Below are positions 45,424 through 60,408 of a stretch of 64,000 nucleotides of DNA, piece by piece (position 1 is the stretch's first letter; each line of letters starts with the position of its first letter). A program made the translations under genes and the position numbers. The notes under the pieces were generated by a model, which was given only the letters and a program-made list of their open reading frames with translations, had not been told where the DNA came from and ran no database searches. The stretch is from positions 1 to 64,000 of the forward strand of contig NGBS01000589.1 in assembly GCA_002245135.1 (NCBI GenBank). Direction: 5' to 3'. The stretch comes from Proteromonas lacertae. Taxonomy: Eukaryota.

Positions 45424-48254
45424 ATGGGTAATAAACCGAGTGTTCAGAAACAAAAAACGAAGACCAAACGAGCAACCATATGTCCAGATAAATGTATTTA
45501 CTACTCATTGGCTAATTTATATAGTTAACGCTTTACCTGCTCCCAAGAAGAGACATCAAGCTAAAATCAATAAAACCAAACATAAATTCATCGATTCTGA
45601 CGATCAGGAGGAAGAAATAATAGAACCTGATCTAAATCTAAAAAACGCATTGAAAGAGGTGGATAGTGATTCAGAAAATGATACACAAGAAGTACAGAAA
45701 GCTATGGTAAAGCGTCAGACAACAGTACTAAGAATGGATATAACACAGGGACTTATAGGAGTTTTGAAAGTATATTTCACAGAAATTATATTATTAGAAC
45801 ACTCAAATATGTAATAAATTTCGAAAATACCTAGAAGAAATACATGAAGCGAAAAAAGAAAAGAAAGATGATCAAAACATTTTATTGAATAGCTTGTTGT
45901 TTTGGATTGATTGTGAAGGTATTTATTTTGGCAATTTTATGTCTACTAGATTATTCACAACTACCAAAGTCAGAATTTAGAGCTAAGAAAGCGATTGATA
46001 TATATAATCACTATTTTTCACAATTTGCTACTAATCCTGTATTATAAAAAATCTTTAATAGTCATAGATACCCTCTGAACAGTTAGAAAAGGAAGAACTG
46101 AAAGATAATTTAGATGGTGAGGAAATTCCAGAAGCTACAATATTCAATTACTTCCAGCATCAATGCTTTGATGCTTTAGAAGCTGAAGCATATGATGGAT
46201 TCAAAACAAAGTTAGATTGGGAAGTAAAATTAGAAATCGAGAAGAAAGACGCCTTCCAGCACATGGACGATTATCTCACAACAGCACAAAAAATCGAAGC
46301 AGGTAGAAGAAAGTATAATAACTATCAAAATGCTTTTTTTAATGTAATTATTTAGAGCAATGATGGAGAAGATATTGAATAGTAATAAAAAGTGTTTCTA
46401 CTTCACCAAATTCTTAAGAAGCCACCAATGTCCATTACAACATCTCCATTTCTATCAAGATGTGAATGAATTTTACAATATGTTCAATACTATGAGAGAA
46501 GGTATAAATAAATATAATATATAACGTCATTATAATCTTATTAAATAGAAAAAGCAACCAATGAAAACGAAGATGCAGAAATGAAAGCCAAAGAAAAAGC
46601 ATTAAGTCGAGAATTCTTCTTAACCCAAGCCTCTAAGATTTACGATAAATATATTCGTAAAGGAGCATTACAACAAGTAGTAGAAGATCAGGAAATAGCA
46701 AAATCAGTAATTGATCGATTGAGCCATTGGGATGGAGAAGGTCAATATCCATACGATGTGTTTAATTTAGCTAGTGATATGTCGTTAACTCATTTAACAG
46801 ATAATTATTTAGATTATTTTCTAGAATCAGAGGAGTATGAGGAATATGAAAATGAAGCTGAGAATGAAATTACTCACAAGGCGTCTAGAGATGATTTTAC
46901 ACTATTAACAACAGTTTCTACTAAACCCGTCCATACAATAACAGAAATATTATTGAATCAAACTTTATGTCAAATGTTTGAAAATGCTGTAACAAATCCC
47001 ATAAGTTTGAATTTAATTCGTTTTTATAAAGAAGTTCAGGAGTATAAAGCAATCCCAATGACAAGAAAAGACTATATTATGGGAAGAGCAAGAAAAATAT
47101 TTATTAAATACATACAAAGAGGTTCAAAACAAGAGATCAATGTAGATGATTCTGCAAAAGCAGCAGTGAGATCTAAGATTGGATTAGCTTCAGAATGCAA
47201 GCCAACTTTGTTTGATAATTTAATTAATGAAGTAATTCAAGTAATAGAAAATGAAGAATACTTTCCATTTTTACAAAATCCATTATATTTAAAATATTTA
47301 GAAAATGCTGGAGATATTGAAGATACATATTTAACAGGTGCAAAAATAGAATGTCCAATAAGTTTTGATGAAATGTTACACAATAATCAATACTGTAAAT
47401 ATTTTGAAAGATATTTAACAGCTCAATTTTATGATGCTTCTCTTTATTTCCTTATGGATGTTGAAGAGTTTATGAGAATTCCAAAGTCACAATTATTAAC
47501 AATTCGTGGGAAGAAAATATATCAAAAATATTTATCAAAAACAGCTCGACAACAAGTGACAGTATCAAAGAAAGCCTTGGAGAATGTAGAAAGCTATTTA
47601 AATCAAAAAGAACCAAATCCACGAATGTTTCAATGTCCATATGATGAAGTTTATGGATTATTAAAAGATTCAATGTTCCAGCCATTCCTTTCTAGTGATT
47701 TCTGTACAGAAATGATCAAAACAATTAATTTTGATAGAAAACAAAAGAAGTTAAAAAGAAAAGACAGTGGTCAAAAGATGGAATTACCCAAAATGGTTCA
47801 AGTTCATCATATTCAAGATATATTATATGATAGATGGTTGAGTAATTACTTCAGAATGTTTTGTAACCAAGAAAATAGAACGAATGTATTATTCTTCTGG
47901 ATGGAAGTAGAAGAATATAAATTGATTCCAGACTTAGGATTTTTGAAAGTTAAAGCAAATAAAATTTATAATAAATACATTATGGTTGATAGTAAATTAC
48001 ATATACCCTTAGATATTGAAGTAATGGAGAAGATAAGTGACAATTATACAAAACCACATCCTGCACTATTCTTAGCAGCTCAAAAAGAGATAGAAAAATA
48101 TATGGAAAATGAATTATTAGATAAATTCCTAGATTCTGATCAATATAAGTCATATCAAGCTTATATTGAGTCAGTACTTGGTTCTTCTAAGAACAAAGAT
48201 AAACATGACCAGAATAACAATAACATAGGAAACGATGGTGTTACACCAAAGTGA
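45424..48254 (+). CDS. Multi-RGS-domain protein, multi-exon
   Basis: Repeated RGS motif (F..YL..LxFWxEVEEYK..AxKIYxKYI), about six times; ATG 45424 (MGNKPS) joined by intron ~45494-45523. Confidence 0.85.
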
Positions 48255-48558
48255 TATATATAGATGAGTAGTGTGAAATATTATGTATTGCGTATATTGT
48301 TTATATTTATGCTTTTAAAAATCGATAATAATATCAGTTTATATTCTATTTAATTTTCAATATGTGTTGTTTTTTGGATTTGGTAAAAATGATGTAATTT
48401 CCACTCCTAATGTATATTTTAAACAAATACATCTATGCTTGCGTTGTTTAGTATGTTATAGAGATATACGCATACTCTTGTTAATGTTTTTCATATTTAA
48501 TGGTGTATGAAAAATTCTAAAATTGGTTATTCTATTTTCGTTAAAATTTAAATTTATA

Positions 48559-50023
48559 ATGAGAAGCTCAAAATCTCGTGTTCACAAAAGTTTTTCTCCT
48601 CAAAAATTAGTTGCTCCTGATGATCCTTCATTAGAGAGAACATTCAGAGGTCATAAAGTATAAACTCCAATGTTTTTATTTTGATAGGATTCTGTCACTG
48701 CGCTTTCTTTTAATCCAAATATGAAACAACTTGTATCCTCATCAGCAGACAACTGCTTGATGGTATGGAACTTCAAACCACAATTAAGAGCATATCGTTT
48801 TGTAGGTCATAAAGGCCCTGTAAATGATGTTTGTTACAATGATAATGGAACAATGATTGCAAGTGGTTCTAGTGATAACACAATAAGACTGTGGGAAACT
48901 TCTGTTCAAGGAAGAAGTGTTTCCTTCAAAGCTCATAGTGGACCAGTACGAAGCTTAATGTTTGATAAAACTGGTGATTATTTAATATCCAGTGGAGATG
49001 ATAAATGTGTGAAAATTTGGTATGTTCCTCAAAAGAAGTTTTTAAGCAGTTTTCAAGGTCATATGAATTGGGTTAAAACATGTGAATTTAGTCCTGATGC
49101 CAGAATCTGTGGAAGTGGCAGTGATGATAAAACTGTGAAACTATGGGATATAGAAAAGAAAGAATGTTTACATACATTTTATGAACATAGTGGATGTGTG
49201 AATAATGTGAAATTTCATCCAGATGGCACTTGTATATGTAGTTGTGGTAATGACAGGAATATATTGTTGTTTGATATAAGATCCAATGAATTAATTCAAC
49301 ATTATGTATATTTATATAAATAATATTATTTTTTATATATTATAGTCAGCTCATGATGGCAGTATTAACAAAATAGATTTTCATCCTAGTGGAAATTATT
49401 TAATTTCTAGTTCAGATGATTTAACCGTCAAGATATGGGATATTCGAGAAGGTCATTTACTATATACTCTACGAGGACACAGTGAAGGAGTGAAATGTTG
49501 TAAATTCAATAGAAGTGGTGATTATTTTGGTACTGGCAGTGATGATAATATTATAATGGTATGGAAAAGTAACTTTGATAAGAATAATAGTGATATTGTT
49601 TCACCAATAATTGATAATAATCATTGTAATGATAGTATAGATTATTCAACCAATTATATTCCACCACCTCCACTATCTACGACTAATGCAACCACAATTC
49701 CATCATCTTCTAATACTTATACTAATAATCAGTTTAATATTCCTCCAGTTCCAGTACCTACCCCATTAACATCATCAAAAGCAGCACATACTGCAAATAA
49801 TACAACGAATAGCAACAATTATAATAGAAATAATGTAAATAGTGAAATATCAGTTGGAATGAATGAGCCATTAATTATTGATAGAATCAATAAGAGTTTA
49901 GAGAGTATAAGCAGTCAAATGATGGCTATTACTTCTGCCTTAGAGTTGTTTAATGAAAGATTGACTAGTACTGAAGATAAAGTGGATTTATTAATGAATT
50001 TATATAATAGTAATAAGAAGTAG
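48559..50023 (+). CDS. POC1: POC1 centriolar WD40 protein
   Basis: [54 protein letters not shown], seven WD repeats, VWKSNFD, C-terminal coiled coil ([19 protein letters not shown]). Confidence 0.92.
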
Positions 50024-50148
50024 ATGTTTAATATAAATAGTTAATATAAATATTCTCATTCTTATTTTCAAAATTTTGAATTATAAATACGTTGTGCAAA
50101 ATAGATTCTCAAACATTCAGGCTTGCTGAAAAGATTTATTTTGTTTGA

Positions 50149-53100
50149 ATGAGAAGGTTAAAGGTATTATTATCATTAACGGTGGTAACAGTGATATGCT
50201 TAAGCGCATGTCCTAACAACTGTAACAACCATGGTGTTTGTGAAGGTGGAGTTTGTAAATGTTCCGAAGCAACAGGAGTTGGCGAGAGTGGCTTGATGTA
50301 TGTAGGAGCTGATTGTAGTGAACGTATAAATAGAAGTGAATATATTTTCTAGGTTCTTGTCCTTCTGGTTTTAGTTTTGAAACTCTTGGTCAACCCACCT
50401 CAGTGAATCCTCATGTAGGTGATTCCGGTACAGCTCGAGAACTTTCAGTAGAAGGTGGTAACTCCACTTCTGTTCGAAATTTAGAAGCAGAAGTAGTTAC
50501 AGGAATCTATTTAGTAGGAAGAGATTCGAAAATCGAATCTGTTGATAATAATATAGGTATATTCAAATGTTACGATGAGTTTAACAGTAATATTGGAAGT
50601 TTGAAATTATATGGTCGAAATACTGAGAGTGGTGAATATTATGTTAGTAAAATGTTTGACAATAATGAAATTCCAATGGACAGTGTAATGTGTAAGTTAG
50701 AAATTCCATTTACTGATTTATCATTATATTACGATTTTACATTTGATGGTGCTTGTACAGATCAAGCTGGATCTTGTAGTTTAAAATGGGTTGGAATGGC
50801 TGAAATAGTTGAAAAGACTGGCTTAAAACTAACTGATGGTAGTTATCACATCAATTGTGATGGAACTGCAGTTGAATTTACAAAAAATGTGAAAGGTAAA
50901 GATATTGTATTTGAAATAGCAGCTTCTTCAACTGCAATTACAGCAAAATCAAAATGTTATTTATTAGCAACCATCAATGATAAAGGTGTAATTACTGATG
51001 TCACAGATTCTGCTGTTGTTGATGGTGTATATAATTTATTTCCACAAATAGTTGGTGATGGTATAAAAATAGATGATTCAACAACATTTTATGAATTAAC
51101 ATTTACAAAGCAGGATATTGTTTTAGGTGAAAATAAGTATGGATTATTCGAATGTTACAATAGATTTGATGATAGTGATTTAGGTAAAGTATATATCTAT
51201 CATCAAAAAGTTGGAAGTGATGAAAAGTATTACATTAGATTTGAATTTGAGATGGTTGTTGATGAAGTTAAAGATTATCGATTTGAATTAATTGAAGAAT
51301 ATGGTGATATTAGTTTAATTTACCCATCCAAAGTTAATTCTGAATGTAAAGTTGATGGTTGTACAATCACATGGCCAAATATGAAAACAATTTTAGGAGT
51401 AGCAACAGGAAGTGGATTATCATTTAAATGTATAAATTCAACAAATTATGTAATTAAATATCCATCATGGGCAGCTACAGCTGGTGTTGATAGTAAAGCA
51501 AATGATATTGTATTTACCTTTACAAAAACTGAACAAGCAATTAAAGTACCAAATAAAGATGATGTATGTATGTTATTAGCATCTATAACTGGTGAAACTC
51601 CAGCTATTACCATGATTGATGATGGCACAACATCATTTGAAGAGAAGAATGTAGTAAGTGTTGGTTCAGAGGATGTTGAAATGTATGTAAATGAAACAAC
51701 AAAGATTCAATTCATATTATTGAAAGATAATATTTATTATGCTGAGAATATCAATTATATGACAGGAACAGTAGGTAGTTTATTATTATGTAATAATGGA
51801 AATAGTGAAAGTGAATTAGTATTGATAAAGAAAGAGAATAGTAAGATATATGTTCATGAAAGAAATAATAAAGCATTAATTGGAAGTTATAGTTGTAAAG
51901 TGACAAAATTATTAAATGATTATTCCTTAATAAATCCAATCACTGTAAGTGAAGATTGTAAAGAAGCTTCATGCACATTAAAATGGAAATCAATGAGTTA
52001 TTTCGTTAAAGATAAATTTGATGCTGATAAAGTTGTTACATTAGCATGTGATAAAAATGATGGATTAATAAAACTAATTGAAATGAATGCAAAGATTACA
52101 GGAAATACTGCTCCAACTGAAAGTGGTAAAACAACTGATGTTGAATTAACAAAAGTTACTGATGGTACTATTCCATTAGCTGGTGATATTTGTCATTTTG
52201 TTAGAGTAAATACTAATGGAGAATTGCCAACTGATTTAAAGTCAAGTGATTATGGTAAAGAATTAAAGAAATTTATATTACTATCAGATAATTCTCCAAT
52301 AAAAGTAACTCCAAGAGAAAAACAATCGAATGTTTATGAAGTAGTGAATTATGAAATACATAATAGTAAATCATATGTAGGAAGATTATATTGTCAAAAT
52401 GGAAATGGAAAGAATGGAAATGGCTATTTAATGGGAAAGAATGGTGATAATTTCTATATATTATATGATTTAGATGAAGTAAATAACAATGATAATATAT
52501 GCATATTGGTAGAGAGATATAATGATATGTCATTATTTAATGGAGTGGAAGTATTAGGTCAAGGAAATGGAAATGGAGTTTGTTATAAAGGTAAATGTGA
52601 TATTAAATGGACTGGAATGAACAAATTATTAACTACTGTAACATTAGCAGATGGTAATACTGGAAGTACTTATATTAATGGAATTAAAACTTTAACTTCC
52701 TTTGTTTGTTCTGATAAAAGAAATAATATTAAAGTATATAAAACTTATACAGCTACAGAAGATACTAAAGATTCTAATAGTCTTTTATTCTCAGTAAGTG
52801 GTAATGAATTTCCAACAGTTGGTGATAAATGTTATTCATTAACAGGTTTTGATGGTGCAATACTTCCTGTATTAAAGCTGAGTGATTTTGGAAGAGATTT
52901 AAATGTAGCTTATGTAATGGATGTTAGTGGTTATGGAAAAACTGATCCAAAAATATACAAAGTAAAAGGAATAATATTGAATGATGGTAGTTTTAGTGTT
53001 GGAATATTAAAATGTATAGAAAAAGGAGAGAGTGTAGGATATGCAACAGTTTATAAAAGAGATAAAGAGAATGATGTTGTTTATATAAAATATAACTTCA

Positions 53101-56100
53101 TTAAAACAGCAGAATTACCAAATCCATCTGATTATGTTTATACAATAATTGAGAAATATAATGATTTATCATTATTATTTACTGCTACTGTTGATAGTGG
53201 ATGTGCTGCTGCAAGTTGTGGTTTAACTGTAACTGATTCTTATAGTATTATTGAAGTATTGAAAAAAGAGTTAGTAGCTGAAAACTCTGTTATGAATTTT
53301 GTTTGTTTTGATTCTACATCAATAGAATTGAAAATATTTAAATTTATATCAAAAGAACATAATAATGGTGATAAAGATTTAAAGTTCGTATTACCAACAG
53401 GAAGTACTGAATTCCCATTAGAAAATACAAAATGTTATATGGCTTCTGATTTAAAATTCAATCCAATTGTAAAAGTTGAAGATGTTTATCTTTACAAATC
53501 AAAATCATATGTGTTAAGATCAAAGAAAACTGAAATAAATGATTTTGGTGTATATGAAGTATTGAATATGGATAATTTAATATCAAGTGGATTAGGAACT
53601 TTAAAATGTAATAATAAATATTCAAATGAAAATATAGTTGGTAGAATGTGGGGAATTGATAAATCAAATCCAAAAATTAATTACATTTCATTTGATATTG
53701 TAAATCCAACTCCAGAGATATATAATTGTGTAGTTGATAAAAAATATTCTGATTATTCAATATATCCACCAATTACAACGCCTGCTGATGGTGTTGATTG
53801 TACAACAGGAAAATGTACATTAACTTGGGAAAGAATGAAACCAATTATTGAAGGAATTAAAATTACTAATTCAGATGATATGAGTTTTAAGTGTATTAAA
53901 GATGCTAAAACTGAATATGTGAAATTAACCACAACAAATCCAAGTTCTAGAAGAGAAAGATTATTGGCTGATGGTGATTTGACATTATATTTGAATTCTG
54001 GTCAAGATAATGTAAATATAGCAGGAGGATATAAATGTTATATGCATGTAAAATCAGATGGAACAAATATGAATGAAAATGAAGAAACAGAAAATTATAA
54101 AAATCCTAAGGTTGTATCAGAGAAAGCGACATTAAAAGATAGTAAAAAAGTGTATGAAATATCAAATATTGAATTTCCTGATAGTTATGGAGTAGGAAGT
54201 CAAGATTGTAAATTAAAAGGAGCAGCTAATTCTGAAAAAGTATATTTCATGGGTAAAACAGTAAATAATAAGATTACCAATTATTTTGTTAGATTTGAAA
54301 CTTCAACAGTGAAAGTTGGTGATATTATATCAATGGAATGTAGTAATACCAATTTATTAAATGATTTATCAAATTATTATGATTTAAGTAATGATGCTGC
54401 ATGTACAGATAATACTGCATGTACTTTAACTTGGACAGGAATTGCTCCATTATTAGATAATTTAAAATTTCCAACATCGCAAATACCTAATGAAAATTTA
54501 AAGATTTGGTGTGTTAGTGGTAATGAGGTTATAAAAGTTGATAGTGCAATTACAGCAGCTGTTGAGAATACTAATGATATAAAATTCACTATTACTCCAT
54601 CAGTTGCAATTGCAGAAAAAGCAGAATGTCATTTAATTACATACTTTAATGGAGGCAAAATTGAAAATCCATTAACAAGTGATTTTGGAAGAACATTGGA
54701 TGGTGAAGGAACAATTCCTTCAATAGATTCTAATTCTATTCCATTATATAATGGAAGAAAGATGTATAAAGTATCAAATGTTGAATATAAGGATTTATCA
54801 GAAACAAATATTGGTGAATTGAAATGTTATGATACAGAAACAAATAAAGTGTTAGGAAGTGCTTATGTAATGGGAAAAGATAAAACAACACCAGCAACAC
54901 CATACTATTTGATTGATTATGCATTTGTAAAAACAGATGCTATACCAACTGTTGATAAATACAGATGTGAAGTGCAAAAGAAATACAATGATTTATCATT
55001 ATTGTTTGATATTTATGCACCACCAAATTGTGAAGCATATACTACTCCTGCTCCTGTAAGATCATTAGCAGATAAAGCAACATGCGAAATTACTACTACA
55101 GGATTAGACAGTGTTTTATCAACATTAACTACAAAACCAACTAAGACTGATTTGGTATGTTATAATGGAGTAACTAAAAAATATAAAGTGTATAATTATA
55201 TAATTGAGTCAAATAAACTCAAAATTAAAGAGGATAGTATTTCTGTTCCTGAAGATCATGATAAATGTCAAATGTTATTGAAACATAATGGTACAGAAGT
55301 AAATTTATCAAAAAGTGATTTTGGTATAAAGAATAATATAAAGATTGATAATCCAGATGAAAATACTGAAATTAAAGTGAATGACAATACTCCAAAAGTA
55401 ACATCAAAAGAAGAAGCATCAATTCCTGAAGAAATGCCAGCAACAGGAGGAATAATCAAATGTTATGATAAAGTAAGTGGAGAATATTATGGAACAGCAA
55501 ATGTAATAGGTATAAATGAAGAAGGTAAAACAATAGTGATTTATAATTTTGAAGTTCCTGATGGTGTTGTACATAATCCAGCTGATTATTCAACTGAAAT
55601 ATCTTCAACTCGAAATGATTTCTCAGAAACGAATCCTCCCAAAGTAGAAGAAGGTATTTGTTCAGAGAATATCGGATCTTGTCGATTATTATGGAGAGAA
55701 ATGGGTAATGTTTTAGGAAATAAATTAGGATTAATGCCAAGCAAAATGAGAATGTTAATTGATTATGATATTCCAGTTAGTTGTGCAAATAAAGAATCTG
55801 GAGTAGTTACTGAATATAAAGGTGTTGTTGATGGTCAAAATGAAAATAATGATATAATAATATCATTAAATCCAAATGGAAATTTCCCTTCACCTAATGA
55901 TGTTTGTCATATAATAGTTGATGGTAATGGAAATGGAATTCCAGTATTAGAGAGTGATTTGAGTAGAAGTATAAAAGTGAATGAAAAAGGTGAATTGATA
56001 TTAGTTACAGCAAAAATACCAGAAATAGATGAAAATAAAATTAGTGTTATTAGTGAAGGTAGTAAAAATCCAAAAGGAAATACTGAATATAGTGTTTATA

Positions 56101-56912
56101 TTAAAGGAGAAGGTAATAAACAGTTATTAGGTGATATGAAAGATTATGGTGTATTTGTTATGAATAAACCTGAAGGACAATATGCAAAGAATATATTAAG
56201 TCATTTGGTAGTTGGAAATCATATTACAATAGAATCTGCTGATAGTACCGATTTTTCAACATCTTCAAGTTCTTCACCACCAGTGTCAAAAGATTGTATA
56301 ATTACATCAATAAATAAGAATTATAAATATAAAACACCTGATCCAACACCAAGATTATTAAATGAAAAGAGAGATTTAGCTGTTGGTGATAGTAGTGGTG
56401 ATCTAATTGGATTTACTGTAGTAGATGATAAAGGAAAATCATATTCACTTCTTTCAGGAAATAAATATGTTAGAATTGCATTCAAAGATTGTGATAATTC
56501 TAATCCAGATTTATTCTGTGCTCATGAATATGTTGAATGTAGTGGTGTTGGAAAATGTGACAGAACAAGTGGAGAATGTAAATGTTATAATGGATTTAGT
56601 GGTTCAGCTTGCGAAAGAATGAATTGTCCAAATAACTGTAATAATCATGGAAGATGTATAAAGATAAATGACAAATTATTAAATACTGAATATCCAAGTA
56701 TATTTGGAAGTATAGAAGGAAGTGAGATGATGTTTGGATGTTTATGTGATAGTGGATATAGAGGATCTGATTGTTCTTTAAAAGAATGTCCAAGTACAAA
56801 TCCTGAGAGAGATTGTAGTAATAATGGTATTTGTGATTATTCAGATGGAAATTGTAAATGTTTTGATGGTTATTATGGTGAAGCTTGTCAACACACTGTT
56901 GGAACTACTTAA
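50149..56912 (+). CDS. Giant secreted EGF/tenascin-like protein (mastigoneme-protein-like ends) with nine ~200-aa internal repeats
   Basis: Signal peptide + CPNNCNNHGVC; intron ~50324-50352; C-terminal AHEYVECSGVGKCDRTSGECKC..ACERMNCPNNC..RDCSNNGICDYSDGNCKCFDGYYGEAC. Confidence 0.85.
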
Positions 56913-57110
56913 AATTATTATTGAAATGCTATTCATTATTTAGAAAAGTGAAATTAATAAAAACAAAATAAAAATATAATTCAAAAATTCTTTTCTAATC
57001 TTCTTTTTGTTTTTGATGATTAAATCTTCCCAATAGAAAATAAAAATGAAATAATATTTATTAGATTTTATCATAGAAAATCTTCTTCATTCTTTATTAT
57101 TATCATTTCT

Positions 57111-58967
57111 TTAATCAAATTTCAAAGAACTATATATATATCTAACAAATCCCCAACTGCTACAAAAACCAATACTCGCTAATAATAAAAATACTCCATA
57201 AGACACTATTCCCATATAACCAAAGAAGAAAACAGCTTGTAAAAATCCATTCATTTGAGTTGAAGTATTATAATAGATTATTGAATATAAATATAAAAAT
57301 AATCCTGTAGCTCCACCACTACTGATAGTTCTCCACCACCATTCATGATTTTCACAAGTTAATAAGAAATAAGTCAAAGAAATTGTTAATAAAGAAGTAA
57401 CTAATAACAATAAGAATAAAGCAATTGTTAAAATTCCAAAGAAGGTATAATACATATGTCCCCACATTGCTCCAAATATATAAAACATTTCTACATAAAT
57501 AGATGAGAATGGAAGAATTCCACCGATTATTATATGGCTAATTGCTTGATGATACCAAGGTAAATGAGGGATTTGTCGTGGAACTTTTCTTACTCTACAA
57601 GGAGGAACATAAACATTTGAATAATTCTTTCCAATTATTCCACCAACTATACAAAGTGGTAAACCAATAAAGAAAAACAAACATCCAATCGCTAAGATTG
57701 TTGTAAATGGCAAAGCAGCTGAAGAATTATTAACATCAGCTACACTATTCATAAATAAAAATGTAATAATAGTTGGAAATGGGAATAAAAATGCACTTGT
57801 TAAAATATTCCAAGCCCAATTTATACCACCTAATTGTTTATATAAAGTAGCACTACAATATCCATTTACAAAGGTAGTTAAACAGTATATTAAGATTAAT
57901 GTAAACACTAAAGCACCTCTTCTATTTGGACCATACATTCCAAATTGGCATACGATAATCATTATTACTGCAGTTACCATTATTTGTAATCCATTTCCTA
58001 TTATTGCAGAGAATAAAGAGATATGATTGGGACTTCTGAATACATCACCATGGATTAATTTCCATCCGATTTCTTCAGTATTTTCACCTTTATTACCACC
58101 ACTTCCATTTTCATCATCTAATAAAACACCAGCTGCAAAATCTTTTCTTAAATTATTAGCTAGAATATACATTATATATAACGCTAATATTATCACTAAT
58201 ATAGCAGAATTAATGATAAAAACCCAATGGATTTCAGTACTTTTAGGTAAAAATCCACTTGTTAAATATTTATCCATTCTTTCTTTATATGGTATTTCAG
58301 ATGGAGTCCATTTAACACTATAAGTAAAAGTGACTAAAAATGGATCTGGTCTTGGTTTATCAGCTTCATCAGAAACATCGATTTTCTTATCAGAAGGAGT
58401 GGTTGCATTGACAAATACAATTTGATTGGCATTATAACCAAATTCAAAGTTGATGTGAGTGTATAAATAATGTTTAGTTTCTTGACGATGTCCGAAAAGT
58501 AAATCTTCATTTTTTGAATCACCAACATATACCCAAAATGGTAAATCATCCAATAAGAATTCGATATAATATTCATCATGAACTGCTTCACTAAATGTGT
58601 TGACTTCTGACTTTGTGAGTGGTTTTTTGCATAATTCGACGTTTTCTACGTTCTGTTTGAAATGTATAGCATATGGAGTTAAATATCTTCTTGAGCCAAC
58701 TAAAACTTCACTCATTTTTGAATGAGCTATTTTTGAATCCTATTGAATAGTATTATATAATATATACCTCTCTTGAACAGAATGGTAACTGCATGTATTG
58801 ATAAGTTTCAGAAGGATTATCAATTGGACCAACCTATTGAGAATTATCCAATAAGAATATAGCAGTTATACTTTACTAGCAATAAGTGGTATAGCTTCAT
58901 TTTCATCATAAACAACTGCACTGACTAAAAAGAATAAACCAACTACAACTAGAAGCTTTATTTGCAT
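57111..58967 (-). CDS. TM9SF1: Transmembrane 9 superfamily (nonaspanin/EMP70) protein, TM9SF1-like
   Basis: KVGPIDNPSETY, EIHWVFIINS, GWKLIHGDVFR, GGILPFSSIY, WWWR, C-terminal LKFD. Confidence 0.9.
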
Positions 58968-59140
58968 TGCTATCTATCTATGACAATTATAAATTAATAA
59001 TAAATAAAATGAGAAGTAGAAAATATTGTTATACAAATTCAAAAACAGGAAGAAAAAATTAATGCAAATTGGGCGGGATATTCATACTAATATTCCTATT
59101 CTTTTGATTTGTAACGAATATTATTTTATTGCATTTTAAA

Positions 59141-60156
59141 ATGACTGATTTTTGGGCAATTAATGTATGAAATCCACATTATTTATAAAATAACAATAGC
59201 TAAAAGAAAATAAAGCTCAATATGACTTTAAAGAACATGCTGTAGCAACTAGAACTGTATTAATCAATGATTTTATATTTAGGTTATTCTTGATGATGCT
59301 TCTAAACTTGGTCCAAAAGACCATGTATCTGTATTCTATGAAAAAGATGGCAAAAAAGCGTTAGTAACAAGATTAAGTCTTCAAACACCTCAATTCCCAT
59401 TACATATGATATTTACACCTGAAGAAGGTGATGATGAAATACCAATAACAGTTGAAGGTAAATGTCATGCTAATTTGTTGGGATATATTTATCCAAGTGT
59501 ATTTCCGTATTAAAATTATAATATAATAGCTTGATGATCAAATAGTAGAAAACCTTCAAGATTTAATGGCTGAAAAAGCAATGCAAGAAGAAGAAGATGA
59601 TGATGATGATGATGAAAATGAAAAAGAAGAAAAACCACAGCCTCAGAAGAGAAAACAAGTTGAAAATAAGACAGAACAACCAAATAAAAAAGAATCTAAA
59701 AAAGTAGAATCAAAGAAAGTAGAAAAGAAAGAAGAAAAAGAAGAAAAGAATGAACCAAAAGTTGATAGAAATAAAAACAGTAAACTCCTTCAAAGATTAC
59801 CTAAAACTATTATTTCTTCAATAATTGAGAAATTTCCTTATGCTATAGGAGGGACAATAAGATACAGAGATTTAAATAAAGATAAAAGTGAGATTGATAT
59901 TGCTAGTAAAACAGTAAAAAATGGAGCAAAAGTGACAATCAAATATGTTTGTAGAACTTATGCAAATAATGCTGTTTTAGATAAAGGAACTGGTTTTTCA
60001 TTTAAAGTTGGTAAAGGTGAGATTATTTCTGGCCTAGAGAAAGGTATAAAAGGATTAAAGAGAGGTGCAATAAGACAATTATTGATTGATCCATCTGAAG
60101 CATATCCAGATAAAGGTGTATTGGTATTTACATGTGAAATTACTAATGTTCAGTAA
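59141..60156 (+). CDS. Nucleoplasmin-like domain + FKBP-type PPIase (Fpr3/Fpr4/FKBP39-like), multi-exon
   Basis: N-terminus MTDFWAI..NLLGY, acidic and Lys-rich linker, FKBP fold FSFKVGKGEIISGLEKGIKGL..RQLLIDPSEAY..LVFTCEI. Confidence 0.75.
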
Positions 60157-60408
60157 GTTGGAGGGATATAATATTGATAAAATTTTGTTAATTTTGTTAT
60201 TTTGTTAAAGTTGTGATTGTTGTATTTCATCTATTAAATAAACCAAATAAAAATATATTAAATATGCACATAAGCATATATATAATTAGAATTAGGATAT
60301 ATAAAAAAAGAGAAAATAATAACGAAATGTTGAAAAGATAAGATATTTTCCTTTGTTTTATTATCATTAATATTATTATTATTATTTTATTACATTACAT
60401 ATAGTAAA

